DNA of 64,000 nt, from assembly GCA_963746845.1 (NCBI GenBank), contig CAVVCZ010000004.1, positions 480,001 to 544,000 on the forward strand. The letters run 5' to 3'. Source of the stretch: an uncultured Chloroflexia bacterium. Lineage in GTDB: Bacteria > Chloroflexota > Limnocylindria > Limnocylindrales > CSP1-4. The position numbers and the translations under genes are program-made. Positions 29,444 through 39,190 of this stretch are shown here, in pieces. Every line of letters starts with the position of its first letter. Positions within the stretch are counted from its first letter, which is position 1. The notes under the pieces are model-generated. The model did not search any database. It was not told the origin of the DNA and saw only the letters and a list, made by a program, of their open reading frames with translations.

Positions 29444-30369
29444 CGAGTCGGTTCGCCGCTCCGACGCGTCTGGGCGACGCCCTGGCCCTGCTGGCCGCCG
29501 ATCCCGCAGCCCGGCCGGTCGCCGGCGGGACCGACCTGGTGGTCGCCGCGCGCCAGGGCCGGCGGACACTGCCCGAGGCGATCGTCGCCGTCGACCGGGT
29601 CGAGGAGCTCGCCGGCGCGGGGGTCGGCTCCGACGATGGGGCGCTCGTCCTCGGGGCGCTGACGACGCACGCCTGGCTGGCCGGGTCGCCCGATGTCCGA
29701 TCCCGATGGTCCGCGCTCGCCGACGCGGCCGCGATCATCGGATCGCCGGCGACCCGGGCGATGGGCACGATCGGCGGCAACCTGATGAACGCGTCCCCGG
29801 CTGCCGACACGACGGGTCCGCTCGTCGTGCTGGATGCGGTTGCGTCGCTCCGGTCGGCAGATGGCGGCGCCCGGGTGGTGCCGGTGTCCGCTCTCGCGGC
29901 CGGACCCGGACGGACCGTCGCCACGGCGACGGAGCTGCTGACCCACGTCCATGTCCCGGGCGGGGGCCCCGGGAGCGGCAGCGCCTACATCCGGCTCGAG
30001 TTCCGACGGGCGATGGAGATCGCCGTCGTCGGGGCGGCCGTGTGGGTCACGATCGCCGGCGACGGGACGATTGCCGCTGCCCGGGTGGCCCTGACGGCGG
30101 TCGCCCCGACGGTCATCCGCTCGCCCGGTGCGGAAGCGGCCCTCGCGGGCGCGCGCGCGAGCATCGATGCCGGTGAAGCCGGTCGGGCCGCAGGCGCCGC
30201 CGCCCCGCGCGATGCCGCGCCGATCGACGACGTCCGGGCGAGCGCCGACTACCGGCGGGCGATGCTCGACGTCGTCGTCCGGCGAACGGTCGCCGCCGCG
30301 ATCGCCCGCGCCCGGGGCGAGGACATTCCGGTCCCGGCCTCGCGCTGGGCCTTCGGCCAGGAGTCCTGA
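29440..30369 (+). CDS. Xanthine dehydrogenase-family FAD-binding (medium) subunit
   Basis: AGGTDL, TIGGNLMNASPAAD and PIDDVRASADYR motifs. Confidence 0.93.
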   Translation: MTSRFAAPTRLGDALALLAADPAARPVAGGTDLVVAARQGRRTLPEAIVAVDRVEELAGAGVGSDDGALVLGALTTHAWLAGSPDVRSRWSALADAAAIIGSPATRAMGTIGGNLMNASPAADTTGPLVVLDAVASLRSADGGARVVPVSALAAGPGRTVATATELLTHVHVPGGGPGSGSAYIRLEFRRAMEIAVVGAAVWVTIAGDGTIAAARVALTAVAPTVIRSPGAEAALAGARASIDAGEAGRAAGAAAPRDAAPIDDVRASADYRRAMLDVVVRRTVAAAIARARGEDIPVPASRWAFGQES

Positions 30370-30373
30370 GGTG

Positions 30374-30850
30374 ATGGAGCCGCTCCAGCTGACGGTCGAC
30401 GGCGTCGAGCTGTCCGCGTCCGTCGACCCCGGCCGAACGCTGCTCCGGGTCCTCCGCGACGACCTGGGTCTGACCGGGACGAAGGAGGGCTGCGACGACT
30501 CCGAATGCGGCGCCTGCATGGTCCTCGTCGACGGCCGGCCGGTGAACTCCTGCTCCTACCTCGCGCTCCAGGCGGCCGGCCGATCGATCACGACGGTCGC
30601 CGGCCTCGCCGGCGCCGATGGCGAGCTCCATCCGCTCCAGCGCGCGTTCCTCGAGGGGGGCGGCATCCAGTGCGGGTTCTGCACGCCCGGGATGCTGATC
30701 TCGGCCGCGGCGCTGCTCGCGACCGACGCGGACCCCTCGGAGGAGGCGATCCGCGACGCCCTGGCCGGCAACCTGTGCCGGTGCACGGGCTACCAGCCGA
30801 TCATCCGCGCCGTCCGGCAGGCCGCGGCGGACCTGCGAGCCCGGCCCTGA
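30374..30850 (+). CDS. Xanthine dehydrogenase-family 2Fe-2S (small) subunit
   Basis: [20 protein letters not shown] and NLCRCTGY motifs. Confidence 0.95.
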   Translation: MEPLQLTVDGVELSASVDPGRTLLRVLRDDLGLTGTKEGCDDSECGACMVLVDGRPVNSCSYLALQAAGRSITTVAGLAGADGELHPLQRAFLEGGGIQCGFCTPGMLISAAALLATDADPSEEAIRDALAGNLCRCTGYQPIIRAVRQAAADLRARP

Positions 30851-30851
30851 C

Positions 30852-33200
30852 TCAACGCCAGTCGGGGAAGCCGGAGCTGGCATTCGGGATCGAGAACGTC
30901 CCGGCCTGCGTCCCGTTGCGGTCGACGATCACGATCGCACCCGCCCGGGCGAAGGCGATGTACACGCTGTCCGGAGACCACGTGGGGTCGTTCGCGTTCT
31001 CGTCGCCGGACGCGATGATCTTGCCCTCCTTGCCGTCCGATCGCATCAGCCACAGCTCTTTCGGCGCCGTCTTGGTCGCGCGGCGCGTGGCGGCGATCCA
31101 GTTGCCGTCGGGCGACCACGAAGGGTCGTCGTAGATCCCTTGGTCGGAGGTCACGGGAACGACGTTCTTGCCATCGCTCGCCCGCATCGTGTAGATCCAC
31201 TGGCGTCCGGCCCGCCTCGAGGCGAACGCGATTCTGTCGCCCTGCGGCGACCAGCTCGGGTCCCAGTCGTCCACCACATTGGTGGTCAGTCGCTGCGGCA
31301 GGCCGGTCAGGTCCGCGATCGCCCGGCGATAGATCTCGAGGTTTCCGAAGGAGCGGTCGCTGGCAAAGGCGATCGTCAATCTGTCGGGTGACCAGGCCGG
31401 GTTCAGATCCTCGCTGTGATGCGTGAAATTCGGCATCGGCTTGCCGTCGCTCGTGACGATCGAGAGCCCTGTCGGCCCTCGGTAGACGACCTGCGTCCGA
31501 TCCGGGGACCAGGAGGGGTCCGTCTGGGTCCCGGTCCCGGACACGAGCGAGGTCGGGCTGGAACCGTCGGGTGGCGCGACCCACAGGTCCGCATCCCCCC
31601 CGACCACGGCGCCAAACACGATCCTCGTATCGGGCAGGATCGGCCCCACGACGACGGCCGACGAGCCGTTGCTCGCGGACGGCGCGGCCGGCGATCCCGA
31701 AGCCGCCGCCGCGCTGGACGACGCCACGGCGGTCGAGCCCGACGCGGCCGCGGCGCTGCTCGGCCGCAGGCTCGCGGTCGGCGACGCACAGTCGCGCCCG
31801 ACGCAGGTGAACGCAGCGAGACCGACGCCGGCGACCAGGGCGAACGCCGAACCAGCCAGACCGATGACGGCGATGCGCTTCCGCCTCGCGCGCCGCTCGG
31901 CCTCGGCCTGGGCGGCAGCAGCCGCCGCCGCAGCCGCGGCCTCCTCGTGCGCCTTCCGCTCCGCCGCGGCATCCGCCTCGGCCTTCGCCCGCGCCTGACG
32001 GTCGGCCGCGGCCCTCGCCGCGGCGAGCGCTTCCGCCGCCGCCCCGGCATCGGCCGCGGCCTTCTCCCGCGTCTGCCGGTCTGCATCGGCCGCGGCCTTC
32101 TCCTGCGCTTGCCGGTCCGCCTCGGCCTTGGCGGCAGCGATCGCCGCCGCCTCCGCGGCCTCCTTCGCGACCCGATCCGCTTCGGCCTGCTCCTGCGCCC
32201 GCCTGTCGTCCTCGGTCGGGGCGTCTGCCAGCTCCGCGAGCAGCCGCTTGGCCCCCGACGACACCTTCTGGCTATCGTCCGCCGCGAGGCCCTCGATGGC
32301 CAGCCGCGCGCTCGCGACCATCACGGGGTCGGCCGACGCCGCCAGCGTCCCGAGCTCCGTCAGTGCTGCGAGCCGATGGACCGTGTCGGGGCTGGTGAGC
32401 AGGGTCCGGACGTCCTCCGGGAGCTGCTCGATGCTCCCGGCGGGACGGGCGCTGCGGGCGATCATCCAGTCGCCCTCGGCGTTGAACTCCCACTTGGTGG
32501 GCGTCTGCCCCGGCGACGCCTCGCGCACCTTGTCCGCGAGGTACTCGAACAGCTCGTTGATCGTGACGGCGCCGTCCCGGTTCCGGTCGGCCTCGCCGGA
32601 CTTCAGCCCATCGACGAGGGCCTTCGTGAAGACCGACGGCTCGGGCGTGCCGACGCGGTTCCCGCTCTCGAATGCGTACTGGACCGCGTTCGATGCCGTA
32701 ATGACGACGCGGCCGGTCCCGCCGGGCCCGCCGAGATGCTCCTTGATGCCCGGCGAGTCGATGCCTACACGGTGGACCATGCCCGCTGCGAAGGCCCCGC
32801 CGAAGCAGCAGTCGAGGAAGATGGCGATCTTCTCGGACCGGCAGTCGTTCATGAGCTGGCGGAGCCAGTCCGTGTCGAGCGCCGTCGCCTTCAGCAGCCC
32901 GACCTCCGTGTCCGAAGCGGCCAGGTACAGCTGCCCGGATTCGTCCTTGAGGCCGTGGCAGGAGAAGTGAACCAGCAACAGGTCGTCGCGGTCCCGATGC
33001 GCGAAGAACGCCTCCAGCGTCTTGCGGAGTGCCTGCACCTTCGAGTTCAGTGCCACCTGGACGTCGAACGCACCGATCTCGTCGTCGCCGAGGACCTTCC
33101 GGAGGGCACTGGCATCCTGACGTGGCGCGTCGAGCGGCGGCAGTCGGGTGTCGCTGTACCGGTTGGTCGCGACGACGAGGGCGTGTCGGGCTTCGACCAC
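30852..33200 (-). CDS. Caspase-like (peptidase C14) protein with coiled coil, TM helix and C-terminal TolB/PD40 beta-propeller
   Basis: HFSCHG and FLDCCFGG catalytic dyad; Ala/Glu-rich helix; RRKR followed by a hydrophobic TM; five P-x-WSP[DQ] repeats. Confidence 0.88.
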   Translation of the reverse strand: MVEARHALVVATNRYSDTRLPPLDAPRQDASALRKVLGDDEIGAFDVQVALNSKVQALRKTLEAFFAHRDRDDLLLVHFSCHGLKDESGQLYLAASDTEVGLLKATALDTDWLRQLMNDCRSEKIAIFLDCCFGGAFAAGMVHRVGIDSPGIKEHLGGPGGTGRVVITASNAVQYAFESGNRVGTPEPSVFTKALVDGLKSGEADRNRDGAVTINELFEYLADKVREASPGQTPTKWEFNAEGDWMIARSARPAGSIEQLPEDVRTLLTSPDTVHRLAALTELGTLAASADPVMVASARLAIEGLAADDSQKVSSGAKRLLAELADAPTEDDRRAQEQAEADRVAKEAAEAAAIAAAKAEADRQAQEKAAADADRQTREKAAADAGAAAEALAAARAAADRQARAKAEADAAAERKAHEEAAAAAAAAAAQAEAERRARRKRIAVIGLAGSAFALVAGVGLAAFTCVGRDCASPTASLRPSSAAAASGSTAVASSSAAAASGSPAAPSASNGSSAVVVGPILPDTRIVFGAVVGGDADLWVAPPDGSSPTSLVSGTGTQTDPSWSPDRTQVVYRGPTGLSIVTSDGKPMPNFTHHSEDLNPAWSPDRLTIAFASDRSFGNLEIYRRAIADLTGLPQRLTTNVVDDWDPSWSPQGDRIAFASRRAGRQWIYTMRASDGKNVVPVTSDQGIYDDPSWSPDGNWIAATRRATKTAPKELWLMRSDGKEGKIIASGDENANDPTWSPDSVYIAFARAGAIVIVDRNGTQAGTFSIPNASSGFPDWR

Positions 33201-33364
33201 GACGGGGCTCCATGTCCGGCAGGCACGACCGAGCGCCGGCGACACCCGGGTCTCTGCCACGGTCGTTGTACGTGTCGCGCGTCTCGGACCCGTCACGCCG
33301 CGATGCGCCGCGGTCGCGGGTTCCGCTACGCTGCGTCACCGACGGCCGGATCGGGAGCGAACCT

Positions 33365-36300
33365 GTGATCTGCTCGAGCTGCGGGTCGGAGAACCTGCCG
33401 GGACAGCGGTTCTGCGGAAGCTGCGGGACGCCGCAGGCGGTGGCGTGCACCGTGTGCGGCTCGGCGAACCCTGCCGGCCAGCGGTTCTGCGGCAGCTGCG
33501 GGACGGAGCTGGCCGGGTCGGCCGGCGAGACCCGGCCTGCGGCGGCAGCCGGCGCCGCCGCGACGCCCGGCGCCGAGCGGCGGCTCGTGAGCGTCCTCTT
33601 CGCCGATCTCGTCGGCTTCACGCCGTTCGCCGAGGAACAGGACGCCGAGGACGTCCGGGAGACGCTGACGCGCTACTTCGCGATCGCCACCCGGATCGTC
33701 GAGCGCTACGGCGGCACGATCGAGAAGTTCATCGGCGACGCGGTGATGGCCGTCTGGGGTGCTCCGACCGCCCGCGAGGACGATGCGGAGCGCGCCGTGC
33801 GGGCCGGGCTGGACCTGGTCGACGCGGTCCAGGAGCTGGGCCCCGGGATCGCCGCTCGCGCCGGCGTCATGACCGGCGAAGCGGCGGTGACGATCGGGCA
33901 GGTCAACCAGGGAATGGTCGCAGGCGACCTCGTGAACACGGCCGCCCGCGTGCAGTCCGTCGCGCCGCCCGGTGGGGTGCTCGTCGGCGAGGCGACGATG
34001 CGAGCCGCCGGCGCCGCGATCACGTTCGAGGCGGCCGGGGACCAGACCCTGAAGGGCAAGTCGAGCCCGGTCGCGACGTGGCGCGCCGTCCGCGTCGTCG
34101 CGCAACGGGGCGGCCACGGCCGGAGCGACCTGCCCGAGCCGCCGTTCGTCGGTCGCGAGGACGAGCTCCGGCTGCTCAAGGACCTCGTCGGGAGCGGGGA
34201 TCGGCGCACGCAGCTGGTCTCGATCACCGGACCCGGCGGGATCGGCAAGAGCCGGCTCGCATGGGAGCTGGAGAAGTACATCGACGGGATCGCCGGCGAC
34301 GTCTACTGGCACCGCGGCCGCTCGCCGTCGTTCGGTGACGGGATCACCTTCTGGGCCCTCGGCGAGATGGTCCGCCGGCGCGCCGGTCTGGCCGAGGACG
34401 ACGACGCCGACACGTCACGGGCGCGGATCCACGCCACGGTCGCCGAGTACGTGACCGAGGACGACGATCGTCGCTGGGTCGAGCCCGCGCTCCTGACGCT
34501 CCTCGGCGTCGAGCCCTCGCCGGCCGGCGGGCGCGACGTGCTGTTCGCGGCGTGGCGGATCTTCTTCGAGCGGATCGCCGAGCGGGGCCCGACGATCCTC
34601 CTGTTCGAGGACCTCCAGTGGGCCGACTCGGGGCTGCTCGACTTCATCGAGCATCTCCTCGAGTGGTCGCGCGGCGTCCCGCTGCTCGTCGTGACGCTCG
34701 CCCGGCCGGAGCTGTTCGACCGGCGACCCGACTGGGGCGCGGCAACGCGCCAGCTGACCCGGCTCGACCTCGAGCCACTGGGCGACGACGCGATGCGCCG
34801 GCTCCTCGCCGGGTTCGTGCCCGGTCTGCCCGATGCCGCGGCCGACGCGATCATCGGCCGCGCCGACGGTGTCCCGCTGTACGCGGTCGAGATCGTGCGG
34901 TCGCTCGTCGCCGATGGCCGGATCGAGCTCGTCGACGGGGTCTACCGGCCGGTCGGAGAGCTCGGCCTCCTGTCGGTGCCGGACACGCTCCGGAGCCTGA
35001 TCGCGTCGCGCCTCGACACCCTCGATCCGGCCGATCGGAGTCTCGTCGCCGACGCCTCGGTCCTGGGGCAGGTGTTCACGACGAGCGGGCTGGCCGCGAT
35101 GTCCGGCGTCGCGCCCGAGACCCTCGCGATTCGGCTCCGCTTCCTCGTCCGCCGGCAGCTCTTCGACATCGAGGTCGATCCGGCCTCACCGGAGCGAGGG
35201 CAGTACCGGTTCGTCCAGTCGCTGATCCGGGAGGTTGCCTACGCGACGCTGGCGCGCCGGGAGCGGCGCGACCGGCATCTCACCGCGGCGCGGTTCTATG
35301 AGTCCCTCGGCGACGAGGAGCTGGCCGGGGCGCTGGCCAATCACTACGTCTCGGCCCACGCGGCGTCCGAGCCCGGACCAGAAGCGAACGCGGTCGCCGT
35401 TCAGGCCCGGCTGGCACTGGGTGCCGCGGCGGATCGGGCGGTCGACCTCGGCGCGCACGACCAGGCGATCTCGTACCTTCGGGCCGCGATCGCGATCACG
35501 ACCGACCCGCGCGATCGTGGCCACCTCCTCCTGCGCGCGGCCGAGTCGGCCCGGCCGGCCGCGGACATGCCCGCCGCGGAGGCGTTCGCCGAGGAGGCCC
35601 GCGCGATCGCGGCCGCATCTGACGACCCGGAGGCGGCGGCGCTCGCGACCGCGCTCCTCGGCGAGATCCTGATCGACAACGGACGGGTCGATCGTGCGGT
35701 GGTCCTGCTCGAGGAGACGATCGCGGGTCTTCCCGCCACGATTTCGGATGTCACCCGGGCCGGCCTGTACACGACCCTGTCACACGCCCTGATGCGGACG
35801 GGTGCGTCCGATGTCTGCATCGAGGCGGCCGACAAGGCGCTGGCCATCGCCGAGCACCTCGACCTCGAACTCATCGTGTCGGAGGCCCTGAACAACAAGG
35901 GGTCGGCCCTCGGCTACCTGGGCCGACGACGCGAGGCCCTCGCGCTGCTGCGAGCGGCCGTGGACATCGCCCGAGCCAACGGCTACGTGGCATCAGAGAT
36001 CCGCGCCCTGATGAACGTGTCCGCGTCCGAGGAGGACGTCCTCGTCGCCCACGACGTCTGTGTCGAGGCATTCGAGCTCGCGATCCGGGTCGGCAACCGC
36101 TCGCTCGCCTGCTGGACGCTCGAGAGCCGGCGGTTCAACGCCTACTGGCGCGGCGACAACTGGGACGACGCCCTGGCGCACGACGTCTTCACCGAGCTCG
36201 ATCTCGGCGGCGGTTCGCTCGCCGACCTCGACGCGATCCGGTCGCTCTGGTTCACGGGTCTGCTGGCCGGAGCGCGCGGAGTGGCCACGGACGATCTCAT

Positions 36301-36889
36301 CGATCGGGCCGCTGAACATGCGGCTCGAGTGTCCGATCCGCTGGCCGTCTCGTGCCTGCAGATCCTCCGGTCCGAGCGGTTCCTGTTCGCGGGCGAGTTC
36401 CGTGCCGCGTTCGACGGGGCCATCTGGGAGAGCGGATACGCGGACTCGATCCCATTGCACGTGCTGCTCACCGCACGCGCGGCTCTGTGGGCCGGCGACC
36501 TCGACCGCGCGCACGACGTCGTTCGGCTCGCGACGGGCGTCGCCATGTCGGACTCGTTCCTCCTGGCCTGCCGAGGCGTCGCCGACGCCGCAGTTGCGGC
36601 GCTCGAGGGCCGACCGGATGAGGCGCTCACCGAATACCGATCCGCGATCGCCGCGATGTTCCGGATCCACGCGGACTTCACGGCCGCCTGTGTGTGCCTG
36701 GACCTGGTCGTCGCCCTCGGCCCGGCGCATCCCGCCGCCGGCGACGCCGCCGCGAACGCCCGTCGGATCTTCGAGCGTTGTGGGGCCCGGGCCTATCTCG
36801 AGCGCCTGGACACCGCGCTCGCCGGCGACGGGGTCGTGGTGGCGCGACCGACCGGGACGGCGATACAATCGGGCGCCTTGGCGGAGTAG
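33365..36889 (+). CDS. Double zinc ribbon - class III adenylate/guanylate cyclase - STAND (AAA) ATPase - TPR-like protein
   Basis: Four CxxC pairs, VLFADLVGFT, EKFIGDAVM, GDLVNTAAR, GPGGIGKS and LFEDLQWAD motifs; helical repeat C-terminus. Confidence 0.92.
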   Translation: MICSSCGSENLPGQRFCGSCGTPQAVACTVCGSANPAGQRFCGSCGTELAGSAGETRPAAAAGAAATPGAERRLVSVLFADLVGFTPFAEEQDAEDVRETLTRYFAIATRIVERYGGTIEKFIGDAVMAVWGAPTAREDDAERAVRAGLDLVDAVQELGPGIAARAGVMTGEAAVTIGQVNQGMVAGDLVNTAARVQSVAPPGGVLVGEATMRAAGAAITFEAAGDQTLKGKSSPVATWRAVRVVAQRGGHGRSDLPEPPFVGREDELRLLKDLVGSGDRRTQLVSITGPGGIGKSRLAWELEKYIDGIAGDVYWHRGRSPSFGDGITFWALGEMVRRRAGLAEDDDADTSRARIHATVAEYVTEDDDRRWVEPALLTLLGVEPSPAGGRDVLFAAWRIFFERIAERGPTILLFEDLQWADSGLLDFIEHLLEWSRGVPLLVVTLARPELFDRRPDWGAATRQLTRLDLEPLGDDAMRRLLAGFVPGLPDAAADAIIGRADGVPLYAVEIVRSLVADGRIELVDGVYRPVGELGLLSVPDTLRSLIASRLDTLDPADRSLVADASVLGQVFTTSGLAAMSGVAPETLAIRLRFLVRRQLFDIEVDPASPERGQYRFVQSLIREVAYATLARRERRDRHLTAARFYESLGDEELAGALANHYVSAHAASEPGPEANAVAVQARLALGAAADRAVDLGAHDQAISYLRAAIAITTDPRDRGHLLLRAAESARPAADMPAAEAFAEEARAIAAASDDPEAAALATALLGEILIDNGRVDRAVVLLEETIAGLPATISDVTRAGLYTTLSHALMRTGASDVCIEAADKALAIAEHLDLELIVSEALNNKGSALGYLGRRREALALLRAAVDIARANGYVASEIRALMNVSASEEDVLVAHDVCVEAFELAIRVGNRSLACWTLESRRFNAYWRGDNWDDALAHDVFTELDLGGGSLADLDAIRSLWFTGLLAGARGVATDDLIDRAAEHAARVSDPLAVSCLQILRSERFLFAGEFRAAFDGAIWESGYADSIPLHVLLTARAALWAGDLDRAHDVVRLATGVAMSDSFLLACRGVADAAVAALEGRPDEALTEYRSAIAAMFRIHADFTAACVCLDLVVALGPAHPAAGDAAANARRIFERCGARAYLERLDTALAGDGVVVARPTGTAIQSGALAE

Positions 36890-36954
36890 CTCAGTGGTAG
36901 AGCAGGGGACTCATAAGCCCTTGGTCGGTGGTTCAAATCCGCCCTCCGCTACCA
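36880..36954 (+). tRNA. tRNA-Met (CAT), probably elongator
   Basis: GGCGGAG/CTCCGCT acceptor stem, D-arm, CTCATAA loop, GGTTCAAATCC T-arm, encoded CCA; -10 TACAAT at 36864-36869. Confidence 0.95.
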
Positions 36955-36968
36955 CCTCGATCCACTCG

Positions 36969-37001
36969 GACGCCCGGCACCGGACCCGGTGACCGGGCGT
37001 C
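36969..37001 (+). terminator. Hairpin after the tRNA
   Basis: GACGCCCGG-CACCGG..CCGGTG-A-CCGGGCGTC. Confidence 0.55.
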
Positions 37002-37165
37002 GTGCCGTCGATGGACGGCCCGTGCATCCGTGACGGCGATCCGGGCGAATCCACGAGTGAGCGCCTGACGACCCGGACCTTGGTCTCATGGGACCGTCAC
37101 GATGCGGCGCTATACTCGATCGGCTGGCTGCCGCGCGGCGGCGCCACTCATTCCCGGAGGCTCCG

Positions 37166-39079
37166 TTGAATTCCAGGTTCTTCCGCAACGGCGTGGTGAT
37201 GCTGGCCCTGGTGGTCGTCGCCCTCGCCGTTGTCTTCACGGTGGTCAACCAGACCTCGCCGAGCAACGACATCCCCTACTCGAAGTTCCTCGACAACGTC
37301 GCGGCGGGCAAGGTGACGACAGTCGAGCAGGAAGCCTCGACGCTGACCGTCACCCCGAGCGACGGCTCCGCGAAGTACACCGTCGTCGTCCCCGGCCTGC
37401 TGGCTGATCAGGTCCTCAATGACATGCGGACCGCGGCCGCGGGCAAGGTGCCGGTCCCCACGTTCGGGGCGAAACCCGCGCCGGACAACGGCTGGATCAG
37501 CATCCTGATCACGGGTCTCCTGCCGATCCTGATCATCGGCGGGTTCATCTTCTTCATGATGAGACAGGCCCAGGGCACCAACAACCAGGCGCTGTCCTTC
37601 GGGAAGTCGCGGGCCCGGATGTTCCTCGGCAACAAGACCGTCGTCACCTTCGCCGATGTGGCGGGCGTGGACGAGGCGAAGACCGAGCTCCAGGAGGTCG
37701 TCGAGTTCCTGAAGTACCCCGAGAAGTTCAACTCGCTCGGGGCGCGGATCCCGCGCGGCGTGCTCCTCGTCGGACCTCCGGGAACGGGCAAGACGCTGAT
37801 GGCGCGCGCCGTCGCCGGTGAGGCCGGGGTGCCGTTCTTCAGCATCTCCGGCTCGGAGTTCGTCGAGATGTTCGTCGGCGTCGGCGCGAGCCGCGTCCGC
37901 GACCTGTTCGACCAGGCCAAGCGCAACTCGCCGTGCATCGTCTTCGTCGACGAGATCGACGCGGTCGGTCGCCAGCGTGGCGCCGGCCTCGGTGGCTCCC
38001 ATGACGAGCGCGAGCAGACCCTGAACCAGATCCTCGTCGAGATGGACGGCTTCGACACGAACACGAACGTGATCGTCGTCGCCGCCACGAACCGGCCGGA
38101 CGTCCTCGACCCGGCGCTCCTGCGCCCCGGTCGGTTCGACCGTCAGGTCATCCTCGACCGGCCGGACATGAAGGGTCGCGTCGCGATCCTCAAGGTCCAC
38201 ACGAAGGGCAAGCCACTCGACAAGGCCGTCGACGTCGAGGGCGTCGCGCGCCTCTCGCCGGGCTTCTCCGGCGCGGACCTTGCGAACCTCGTCAACGAGG
38301 CGGCGATCCTGTCGGCGCGCCGCAACAAGAAGGTCATCGGGATGACGGAGTTCACCGAGGCCCTCGAGCGGATCGTCGCGGGGCCAGAGCGGAAGTCGCG
38401 GATCATCTCGGACGCCGAGAAGGCGATCATCGCCTACCACGAGGGCGGCCACGCGGTCGTCCAGCGGATCCTCCCGAAGTGCGATCCGGTGGCCAAGGTC
38501 ACGATCATCAGCCGCGGCATGGCCCTCGGGTACACGATGGCCCTGCCGACCGAGGACCGCTATCTCCAGTCCAAGACCGAGTTCGAGGACAAGATCGCGG
38601 GGCTCCTCGGCGGGAACGCCTCGGAGCGGCTCGTCTTCGGGGACACGACGACGGGCGCCAGCAACGACATCGAGAAGGCGACCGACCTGGCCCGCCGGAT
38701 GGTCACCGAGTTCGGGATGAGCGATCGTCTCGGCCCGTTGTCCTTCGGCAAGCGCGACGAGCTCGTGTTCCTCGGACGCGAGATCGGCGAGCAGCGGAAC
38801 TACTCCGACGAGGTCGCCAAGCAGATCGACGAGGAGGTCCGGGCGATCATCGATCACGCCTACGAGCGGGCGATGGACGTCCTGGTCACCCACCGCGACA
38901 AGCTGAACGCGCTGGCGGAGAAGCTCGTCGCGGAGGAGACGGTCGATGCCGAGGGCTTCGAGGCCCTCTTCACGGATATCCCGCCGAAGTCGGGGCTCCG
39001 GGACGCACCCCCGCTCATCGTGGGCCCGAACCAACCGACCCCGGGCGCCCAACCCGCCCCGAGCCCGTCGCCGGCCTGA
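37166..39079 (+). CDS. ftsH: ATP-dependent zinc metalloprotease FtsH
   Basis: Two TMs, [25 protein letters not shown] and HEGGH motifs; GGAGG RBS; -10 TATACT at 37111. Confidence 0.98.
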   Translation: MNSRFFRNGVVMLALVVVALAVVFTVVNQTSPSNDIPYSKFLDNVAAGKVTTVEQEASTLTVTPSDGSAKYTVVVPGLLADQVLNDMRTAAAGKVPVPTFGAKPAPDNGWISILITGLLPILIIGGFIFFMMRQAQGTNNQALSFGKSRARMFLGNKTVVTFADVAGVDEAKTELQEVVEFLKYPEKFNSLGARIPRGVLLVGPPGTGKTLMARAVAGEAGVPFFSISGSEFVEMFVGVGASRVRDLFDQAKRNSPCIVFVDEIDAVGRQRGAGLGGSHDEREQTLNQILVEMDGFDTNTNVIVVAATNRPDVLDPALLRPGRFDRQVILDRPDMKGRVAILKVHTKGKPLDKAVDVEGVARLSPGFSGADLANLVNEAAILSARRNKKVIGMTEFTEALERIVAGPERKSRIISDAEKAIIAYHEGGHAVVQRILPKCDPVAKVTIISRGMALGYTMALPTEDRYLQSKTEFEDKIAGLLGGNASERLVFGDTTTGASNDIEKATDLARRMVTEFGMSDRLGPLSFGKRDELVFLGREIGEQRNYSDEVAKQIDEEVRAIIDHAYERAMDVLVTHRDKLNALAEKLVAEETVDAEGFEALFTDIPPKSGLRDAPPLIVGPNQPTPGAQPAPSPSPA

Positions 39080-39112
39080 CCGCCGGGCGACTCGCCCCAC
39101 CAGCGTCACCTT

Positions 39113-39139
39113 CGATCCCGGGCCGATGGCCCGGGATCG
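39113..39139 (+). terminator. Hairpin after ftsH
   Basis: CGATCCCGGGCC-GAT-GGCCCGGGATCG perfect 12-bp stem. Confidence 0.65.
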
Positions 39140-39190
39140 TTGCATCCGTCGTCCGGCGGCCATGGGCCCGGCCCACGTACCATCGCGCGC

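Noticed and set aside
30852-36954. Classical tRNA-integrated genomic island
   Set aside because: No integrase is adjacent, no duplicate of the tRNA 3' end was noticed, and the accessory genes lie 5' of the tRNA
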